From Candidatus Hodarchaeota archaeon (GTDB lineage Archaea; Asgardarchaeota; Heimdallarchaeia; Hodarchaeales; Hodarchaeaceae): DNA of 64,000 bases. The position numbers were made by a program, and so were the translations under genes. This document shows positions 57,409 to 64,000 of this stretch, piece by piece. Each line of letters starts with the position of its first letter. Within the stretch, counting starts at the first letter, position 1. The notes beneath the pieces are model-generated. The model was not told the DNA's origin and made no database searches. It worked only from the letters and a program-made list of their open reading frames with translations. The stretch covers positions 16,751 through 80,750 of the forward strand of contig JBHLKP010000001.1 of the NCBI GenBank assembly GCA_048886525.1, given 5' to 3'.

Positions 57409-59315
57409 TTGTTAATTTGAAGACTAAAGAAACCACTCCATATCTTGATAAATTAAATTTCAAACCCTCTTTGAACGAACAACTTCTTTTATCAAAAGTA
57501 CATGACCATAACATTTTGATCGTCTCTTTAAAAAATGAACCATTAATACGAATATTATCCCTAATAATTCTGTTTTACTTGAAGATGAACTCTTCTCCGC
57601 AAGTTTCACCGAAGGTTCTATTATTAATGAAGAGAAACAGTCAACAATCAATCAAATCATTACTAAAAACTTATTTAAACAGTTCAACTACTATACATAA
57701 CAGTTCTATCCTTCCAAATGCTAGACGACAAGATTATAATCGTTTTTCTATTATTCTTTCAACACCAAAAATAGCTAAAAACGATCTAAAAGAGGAATAT
57801 TTCACAAAGGATTTTTTCTCCTTAATAATCATTTTAAATGCAGAAATGGGCTCATCTTCAAGATTATTAAGATTTTTAGTTAATCAATTTACACATAGTC
57901 GAATTATTGGATTTACGCAAATAACTAATCTTGAAAGGCTGGAACAGATATGTAAAAATCTTCATATAAAAGAAGTACACCAGCTGGAAGAAATTCAAAA
58001 GACTCTTGAAAGAAGTAATATACAGTATTATTCAATCCCATTACCAAGAGAGTATTTCTTTGTTCTTGAGTTACTAGATCAACTTCGTCTTCATGAATTA
58101 AATGGATTGCAAAAATTAGGTTATGATGTTTCGCCAAAAAGCACTTCTCGAGAAATTTCTGTTATTCATGAGAGTATAAAAAAAGAAGGAGCTGATAGAA
58201 AGCAACTAGTGGTTACAGGAAATTTACAGCGTATTATAAGACTTCAAAAAATAATTATTTCCCAAGGATTTCACTCTGCTTTACAATACTTCGACTCCTT
58301 GGAGACACGGCAAAAAGTTGAAGAAAATTTTCAAGGAAAACAAGCCATTATCGTTTTTCTAAATGACATAAAGGTACAGAAATTGCGTGAATTTCTCAAA
58401 ATCCAAGAAAATCTTTTCCATCCTAAAACACAAATGATATTAAAAATAATTTCCGAATATAAATCTGGAATTTCAATTGTTACACATAATTATGACAATG
58501 CTCGATTTTTAAAACAATACCTTGAAAAAAATGGTTTTTCTAATATAATACAACTCGAACAACCAATTAGTTCAATGTCGCGACTGAATCTAGAGAAGGC
58601 AATATTACATTTTACACATGGAAAATCGGATATCTGCATAACTAATTCAGTCAATGCATTCATAGCGGGAAATGCTAAAGTTATAATCGTTTATGATGTT
58701 AATGCAGAGATAATTGATACACTAAATGATCTAAGTATTGATATTCCGAAAGTATTCTTACTCGCTAAACAAACAAACGAAGAAACTAGATTTTTTAATT
58801 TAAAAAAGTTAGGAACACGTCGTCAGATTCCAGAGTTGAATCTTAGTATTGTTAATAAAGCTTTAAGGAAGAATAAAGAGCTTAGAAAGAAAGATTCTGG
58901 CACTGGTAATAATATAAATATATTTAATGGTTCAAAAAGCATATTAGCATTTTCTTCGTTGTTATTTGAGTATGGTATTCCCTATACGTTTTCAAAAAAA
59001 AATTATTCAATAATTTTGGATAAGGATATTTTATATCCTGGAATTATTATAAATAAAAAAGCTTGTATATTGTTACTCATTCCAGAGACGATAGAATTCT
59101 TTACTTCAAAACAACTTCTAAAAATCCTTAACGATATACAGGAAAAACACTCTACTATTTACATTGTTATTTCTTACAGAATTATGGATAAAATGAGCTT
59201 CCAGTTTAGATATAATCTCTTTCAAATAACAAATCAAAGTAATTCATATTTATTTTTCCTGATACAAGAGGAAGATCTTAACAAGCTAGTTACTAAAATA
59301 GCTAACCTAGAGTAG
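57399..59315 (+). CDS. Hef/FANCM/XPF-family homologue with degenerate helicase and ERCC4-nuclease motifs (pseudoenzyme candidate)
   Basis: Colinear with the Hef helicase core but catalytic residues are replaced. 'ILIVSLKNEPLIRIL' replaces motif I. 'IILSTPKIAKNDL' matches 'ATPQtieNDL'. 'LIIILNAEMGS' replaces 'DEAH'. Also 'IIGFTQ', 'HPKTQMILKII', 'ICITNSVNAFIAGNAKVIIVYDV'. C-terminal 'NYSIIL..GIIINKKACILLL' sits where ERCC4 has GDY...ERK...D. TTG start, uncertain. Confidence 0.55.
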   Translation: MGIVVNLKTKETTPYLDKLNFKPSLNEQLLLSKVHDHNILIVSLKNEPLIRILSLIILFYLKMNSSPQVSPKVLLLMKRNSQQSIKSLLKTYLNSSTTIHNSSILPNARRQDYNRFSIILSTPKIAKNDLKEEYFTKDFFSLIIILNAEMGSSSRLLRFLVNQFTHSRIIGFTQITNLERLEQICKNLHIKEVHQLEEIQKTLERSNIQYYSIPLPREYFFVLELLDQLRLHELNGLQKLGYDVSPKSTSREISVIHESIKKEGADRKQLVVTGNLQRIIRLQKIIISQGFHSALQYFDSLETRQKVEENFQGKQAIIVFLNDIKVQKLREFLKIQENLFHPKTQMILKIISEYKSGISIVTHNYDNARFLKQYLEKNGFSNIIQLEQPISSMSRLNLEKAILHFTHGKSDICITNSVNAFIAGNAKVIIVYDVNAEIIDTLNDLSIDIPKVFLLAKQTNEETRFFNLKKLGTRRQIPELNLSIVNKALRKNKELRKKDSGTGNNINIFNGSKSILAFSSLLFEYGIPYTFSKKNYSIILDKDILYPGIIINKKACILLLIPETIEFFTSKQLLKILNDIQEKHSTIYIVISYRIMDKMSFQFRYNLFQITNQSNSYLFFLIQEEDLNKLVTKIANLE

Positions 59316-59617
59316 GACCTTCTAAATTTTATCTTATAGCTCTTTAAGGGATAAATAATTTACTACTGTCTGATTTCATTGATTAGATTTCCAGCTTCCA
59401 GACTTTTTCGTATAATTAACTTAATAACTGTGATATCTTCGTTTCTCGAAATAGCTAGGGTTTCTATTGAAGTAAGAATCATTTGCATAATATTCCTCAA
59501 ATCGTGAGAATACTTATCAGTCAGCTGGATAACAATTATGGTAAATTAATTATTTGTTTAATAATAGACTAATATAAATCTCATAGAAACAAATAAATGA
59601 AAAGTAAATAAATAAGT

Positions 59618-61387
59618 TTAATCACTCAGGGAGGGGGTTATATTTAATCTGAAGAGTCGATTCATTTTAGCAAAAAATAGGTCATATGCATTATACAAGG
59701 TTTGAATATCTCGAAATACACGAGTTTTTGGTAAAATACTTCGAAATCTAATAGCCCGATAATCTAAGATAAGACTAGCTGCAAAATCAGATTCTGACCT
59801 AATTCCTCTTCCAATAGCTTGGGAAACATTTCGTGTGACAGGAAGCGTATTACATATATGTTTTGCTATTCTAACACCCCATTTCTGAGCGTAAAGTGAT
59901 TTCAATAAACGGTTGGTAGCATCAGGACGAGGATAAGGAAGTCCAGCTATGATTATTAAAGTTAATAGACTACGATTATTTTTATCAAGAATCTCAATCC
60001 CTTCTGATAATTTACCTCCTAATACTCCGAAAATACATTCATGATTCTTCTTTTTTAAATCGTCGACGAAATAAGGTGAAATTCCTGGATTTTCAATGTA
60101 AATTTGAGGTAATGACATATATGCTAGGATTTTATCTTTAAATTCGTGTGATGTTGCATACACAATTGTATGGAAAGGATTACTTTCATGGAGTCTTTGG
60201 ATAACACTTGCCATAGACTTATATGTTAAGGCAGTTCTTTCGTTATATTTTGAGGTAAATCTGCGATGATAGATGATACCATTCAAACCAAATTGAAAGT
60301 CTGAGGGTATTTGCAATGATGCATAGGATAAGCCATAAAGAGCTTTATAGGAAGATAAAGGTGTAAAAGTTCCTGACATTAAAATTACACGAGAAAAGTC
60401 TCGGTTGATAAATGAGAAAGACTGATGGGGAAATGGATTTAGCTGTAAAAGTCTATTTTCTTCCGAAACCCATATATCACCTCTAGATGTAAGAAAATCT
60501 TTGATCTTCAGCAGATGTGATTTTTCCAAGAGTGATAGTTTTTGATCATGATCTAAAAAGGCATCTAGGCTTGTAGATGATAAATGACGAGGCCTTTCAA
60601 CCCGATTTCTGAATGAAATAATTAGATCTTGCAATTCATCAAATACTTTCAACGGAATAAGAGCTCGAGCTCTATTAAGATCTTCAATGCTAATTTCCGA
60701 TTCAATATTTGCAGTAAAGTTATGCCCTTCGTCAATAATCGCAATTTTTTCAGGAAAAGTGCTTTGGATAAGAAGCTGCGAAAACATTTCTTGCAGATTT
60801 TTACTCCTTAAATAAGTATGAGTAGTCACAACTATGTTTGCATAAGGTATACATCGTTTAATAACATGATAAGGGCAACCAAAATCACTAAATGCTTCTT
60901 TGTAAGTATCTATTGATATAGAACCATTCGTAGCGTTCGAGGTTATTGGAATTTGTTCAACAATTGCAGGAAAGTCTTCTTCAGGAATTGATCTTGTTTG
61001 TTCTAAATATGGACACTTAATCTGTCCACAAACTCCACGAAAAAATTGGATTCGATCGTTTTTAATACAGAGATCTGCTTTTAAAATCAGGGGTACTGCA
61101 GTAAGGTATCCATATTTTTTAGAATTAGCAATTTTATGAATTTCATTTAGAAAAACCCGAAAAACTTGCGCTTTTGTTCTTACAAAAATGTACAATTGAA
61201 AGTTTTTTTCTTTAACCAGAGGTAATGTTGAAATTAGAGCCATAATAGTTTTACCGAATCCAACTGGAGCATGGATCATTACTTTTGGATGTTTTTCTAC
61301 AAATCGAAGAAATTTCGTTTGGTATGTTCGAAGTTCAGGATGAGGAAATAACTGTAATGAGGGTGGAAGATGATTACTATCAATCAT
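59618..61387 (-). CDS. XPD/Rad3-family (DinG-like) Fe-S helicase
   Basis: Motif I 'HAPVGFGKT'. Four-Cys Fe-S insert ('DLCIKN','GVCGQIKCPY','FGCPYH'). Motif II 'IIDEGHNF', 'LMSGTFTP', 'GGKLSEGIE', 'IIAGLPYP', 'QAIGRGIRS'. Confidence 0.85.
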   Translation of the reverse strand: MIDSNHLPPSLQLFPHPELRTYQTKFLRFVEKHPKVMIHAPVGFGKTIMALISTLPLVKEKNFQLYIFVRTKAQVFRVFLNEIHKIANSKKYGYLTAVPLILKADLCIKNDRIQFFRGVCGQIKCPYLEQTRSIPEEDFPAIVEQIPITSNATNGSISIDTYKEAFSDFGCPYHVIKRCIPYANIVVTTHTYLRSKNLQEMFSQLLIQSTFPEKIAIIDEGHNFTANIESEISIEDLNRARALIPLKVFDELQDLIISFRNRVERPRHLSSTSLDAFLDHDQKLSLLEKSHLLKIKDFLTSRGDIWVSEENRLLQLNPFPHQSFSFINRDFSRVILMSGTFTPLSSYKALYGLSYASLQIPSDFQFGLNGIIYHRRFTSKYNERTALTYKSMASVIQRLHESNPFHTIVYATSHEFKDKILAYMSLPQIYIENPGISPYFVDDLKKKNHECIFGVLGGKLSEGIEILDKNNRSLLTLIIIAGLPYPRPDATNRLLKSLYAQKWGVRIAKHICNTLPVTRNVSQAIGRGIRSESDFAASLILDYRAIRFRSILPKTRVFRDIQTLYNAYDLFFAKMNRLFRLNITPSLSD

Positions 61388-63984
61388 TAACTCTCCTCCT
61401 TTCTCCTATCCTTTTCTAGTTCATCAAATAAAGACCTATTGTTCAAATTAAGTTCAAAAAACAAATCTAATATACCAGTATTTGGGTAGACATCCATCTC
61501 TAAATCACAGGACATTTTTTGGAGATGAAAGTAATTATTATCAGGTAAAAAATCATCCAATACGGTTTTTATCGAAGTCGGTTTTATCGAGGAAGCTTGA
61601 AGGGTTCTTTGTATCTCTTCATCAGTTCTTTTATTATGTTCATTCGTAATTTCTAAGTTCAGATTATTACACATCGCGTTTGCTAGTTCGAATAAGTTGT
61701 TAAAATCCTGCCATTCTAGCGATTCTATCATCAATAAATCATAATATTCGGCAACTCGCGCCCATGGAATTGATGTTAGTTTTAAATGCCGTAGATAATT
61801 TAATAATCGGCCAATTAATGTTTTAACTTTGTTATTCGTTTCTAATCGATCTGTTAATGATGAAGATATATCATATAATGATTCTAACCTTTTAAATTCA
61901 TCAAGAGAAACTTCAACTTCTTTTCTACTTAGCGGAGTAGGTAGTGAGGCTAGAAACTTGTACTGTTCATTATAATAGTCTCTTCCTTTCTGATTTATCG
62001 TCCAATATGTAGCACCTTTGTCAGATTGTGTATCCCACAACCCTAAAGGCAAAAATTGATCTAATGATATTTCTCCGTGCTTATTAACCTCTATCAAAGC
62101 AATTGCTTCATCTTTTCCAGCTGGTCGATTGATTAAAAGTTTCAAAATCTTCATTAATAGGTCATATTTATCTGGAGTGAGGCCTAGTGTTTGCGATCCC
62201 CTTTGTTTCATTTCTTTAAGTTCAATGGGTTGGAAATCGATTGAAATATTGGGTGGGTCAATTTTAAAATGAAAACCAACGTTTTGAGGTGCATCTTCTC
62301 GGAATAACAGTCCTTCTCCATCAGATATTCCTAAAAATGGTTGTTTTGAGTAATTATCAGGTAAGAGTTCATGTATAGATCTTACTATCTCCCTGTCCTG
62401 TAAAGAAACCATTTTCAGATAAATATTATTTTTTATTTCCTCAAAAGAATCCATATTCTGAGACAAGGCCTGTAAGCTTTGAGTTCCTAGAATAAGAACA
62501 TTGTTTTGAGAAATTTTATTGCATGCATCCACTAAACTCGATGGAATAACAGCTTTTGATCGTCCATAAGCAGTTTTCCGAGAAAGAAATTCCTCTGAAT
62601 GAGTTAAAATCATACATCCCTCTTCTATTTCAGATAGAAAGTGAAGAAGAAATGCTACAGTAGCTCTTCTAATGAGAGGTGGTTGGGCACCAAACTGAAA
62701 GAAAGTAAGAGTTTTATCACGAGTTAAGGTATTACTATAATGTCCAGCGAAACCCGAATAGTTCACCTCTGGAAATGATCGAAAGTGATCCAAAATCCCT
62801 GCAAGTGAATCTATTGCCATCATATCTGCAAACATCATGTCCGTCTCTGCTTTTTCGACTTGAACATCAGTAATATTCGCTCCTCCGATGTTTAATTTTA
62901 CTTCTTTTAGAGTGAAATTATATATTTCCTCTGCAGTCTTCTTTATTTGTGCCTCAAGAGGTATTGAAAATCTTTGCGATAAGTAATCTGATGTATTAAG
63001 AGAGCTCAAAAGGATTTGGGATATAATATGGGATTTCCATGCAGCTCGAGCTTTTAGATCATTTTTCTGTCCACTTGGAGGAAGTGGAATAGTTACATCA
63101 CATAAATTTAGATGAATATTAGTACCTAAACGAAATATTTGTAAATTTAAATCACCTAATTGTGTTGGATTGTGTTGAAGATACTTTATGACACCATTCA
63201 TCTCATTTCGTGAGTCGATCACGAATATTTGACGATTTGCTCTAGTCTTTGCGAATGATACTGTTAATTTCTGCAATACAGAGATTATGTCTAGGTTATT
63301 ATAACCACAGGTTAACACAGTCCCCCTACTAATTTTTGGTAAACCTACTGGTTGAGAGGAGTCGTCAATTCGAGTACCTATCTTATGGACAACTGGGAGG
63401 TTTTGAACAGGATAATCATAAATAATTCTTGAAGGAACCCTATCTAGTTTGAGAAATGGTTGAATGAGTTTCGAATGAAACCCTTTCAATCCTCTGAAAA
63501 CACTTATTCCTTCTGATATTTTCTCTCCATGTAAATGTGCGTTTAATAATCTTTTACCGGTGATCAATGTGATATTACATCCACTAGCCTCTAAGAGAGT
63601 ATAAGTCATGGATCGACGTTTTAAAAATTCTCTACGTGCTTCACGGAGAACTGAAGGTAGAGTTTTTTCGGATCTAATTCGAAATTTCAAGGAAACTCTA
63701 ACAAGGAGCATTAATCCTGTATATGATTGACCAATTTGATGTTTTTTTGGATTTGTAAGAGGAGCTGGGAAAATTTGTCGGATAATTTGCACACCAGGCT
63801 GACTAGAAGTACGAAAAAGATTGTTTGACGCATCTGTAAAGTCTTTTGAGGGTTGTACACCAAATATCGACACTAGTATTGCTAAAGGTGATGTCAACAG
63901 TTCATCAATATCTCTATTTTGTATCTGAAGTGAAAGTAGTGTTGATTTGTCCTCCAGAAGTCTTGTGGCAAGTTGCGTATTCAA
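61387..63984 (-). CDS. large HerA/FtsK/VirB4-superfamily-like protein with degenerate Walker motifs and C-terminal winged-helix/helical region (tentative)
   Basis: 'RGTVLTCGYNNLDIISVL...RQIFVIDSRNEMNGV' sits where HerA-type ATPases have 'H..ilG.TGSGKS...vlviD..gEy'. 'GCMILTHSEEFLS' is at the Walker B/DEAH position. 'NNVLILGTQSLQALS' resembles 'g.il.tQrpsdl'. Its stop overlaps the XPD-like start (TAATG). Confidence 0.4.
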   Translation of the reverse strand: MNTQLATRLLEDKSTLLSLQIQNRDIDELLTSPLAILVSIFGVQPSKDFTDASNNLFRTSSQPGVQIIRQIFPAPLTNPKKHQIGQSYTGLMLLVRVSLKFRIRSEKTLPSVLREARREFLKRRSMTYTLLEASGCNITLITGKRLLNAHLHGEKISEGISVFRGLKGFHSKLIQPFLKLDRVPSRIIYDYPVQNLPVVHKIGTRIDDSSQPVGLPKISRGTVLTCGYNNLDIISVLQKLTVSFAKTRANRQIFVIDSRNEMNGVIKYLQHNPTQLGDLNLQIFRLGTNIHLNLCDVTIPLPPSGQKNDLKARAAWKSHIISQILLSSLNTSDYLSQRFSIPLEAQIKKTAEEIYNFTLKEVKLNIGGANITDVQVEKAETDMMFADMMAIDSLAGILDHFRSFPEVNYSGFAGHYSNTLTRDKTLTFFQFGAQPPLIRRATVAFLLHFLSEIEEGCMILTHSEEFLSRKTAYGRSKAVIPSSLVDACNKISQNNVLILGTQSLQALSQNMDSFEEIKNNIYLKMVSLQDREIVRSIHELLPDNYSKQPFLGISDGEGLLFREDAPQNVGFHFKIDPPNISIDFQPIELKEMKQRGSQTLGLTPDKYDLLMKILKLLINRPAGKDEAIALIEVNKHGEISLDQFLPLGLWDTQSDKGATYWTINQKGRDYYNEQYKFLASLPTPLSRKEVEVSLDEFKRLESLYDISSSLTDRLETNNKVKTLIGRLLNYLRHLKLTSIPWARVAEYYDLLMIESLEWQDFNNLFELANAMCNNLNLEITNEHNKRTDEEIQRTLQASSIKPTSIKTVLDDFLPDNNYFHLQKMSCDLEMDVYPNTGILDLFFELNLNNRSLFDELEKDRRKEES

Positions 63985-64000
63985 TCCTACTCCTGATAGT

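Noticed and set aside
59363-59488. 41-aa minus-strand ORF (MQMILTSIETLAISRNEDITVIKL...) in the spacer downstream of the XPD-like gene (convergent Hef-like/XPD-like intergenic region)
   Set aside because: It is too short, carries no motif, and has no supporting signal. It cannot be distinguished from chance.
1-64000. Search for CRISPR arrays, tRNA/rRNA genes, IS elements, integrases and prophage genes
   Set aside because: I saw no regularly spaced direct repeats. No G+C-rich structured intergenic segment of tRNA size is present. No transposase, integrase or capsid-like ORF appears in the six-frame track. Long spacers are uniformly AT-rich.

Overview
This is an AT-rich archaeal chromosomal segment: sampled lines run about 27-35% G+C, rising to 45-50% inside conserved enzymes. 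It is densely coding, with about 53 credible genes on both strands.

Taxonomy (inference only): an archaeal type II GAPDH, a Ras/Rab-like small GTPase near a tandem Roadblock/LC7 protein, and forced TTG starts fit an Asgard (Lokiarchaeia-like) genome.

I recognised no rRNA, tRNA, CRISPR array, transposase or integrase.

Layout:
- (i) 1-7.3 kb: GTPase/Roadblock genes, gap, two paralogous winged-helix genes, and a divergent GalT-like/RtcB-like pair.
- (ii) 7.5-19.4 kb: surface-glycan locus. It holds a giant GT-C enzyme, a membrane-fused polyprenyl-phosphate GT2, a flippase-like protein, a PIG-V-like GT-C, rfbA-C-D-B for dTDP-rhamnose, and a decayed FAD-oxidoreductase pseudogene.
- (iii) 19.6-38.8 kb: mixed genes. 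These are a MacB-type ABC pair, a ParA/MinD module, a beta-helix surface protein, a methyltransferase, an S9 peptidase, MFS, GNAT, a hydrolase, a CoA-transferase, two PflA/PflX-like radical SAM genes, and a Ras-like pseudoGTPase.
- (iv) 39.3-44.9 kb: second glycan operon (YeeE/YedE, GT2, DUF2064, synthase-like GT2, PIG-M-like GT-C).
- (v) 46.1-51.4 kb: minus-strand block of HEAT, radical SAM, LuxC-like and LuxE-like genes.
- (vi) 51.5-64 kb: DNA-enzyme neighbourhood. Apparently active helicases (COG1205/MrfA-like with DUF1998, and XPD-like) sit beside apparently dead Hef-like and HerA-like paralogues and an MmcB-like nuclease-fold protein.

Block (vi) is my best candidate for an undescribed system.

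All functional calls come from motif recognition by eye and remembered family consensus. No database search was run.
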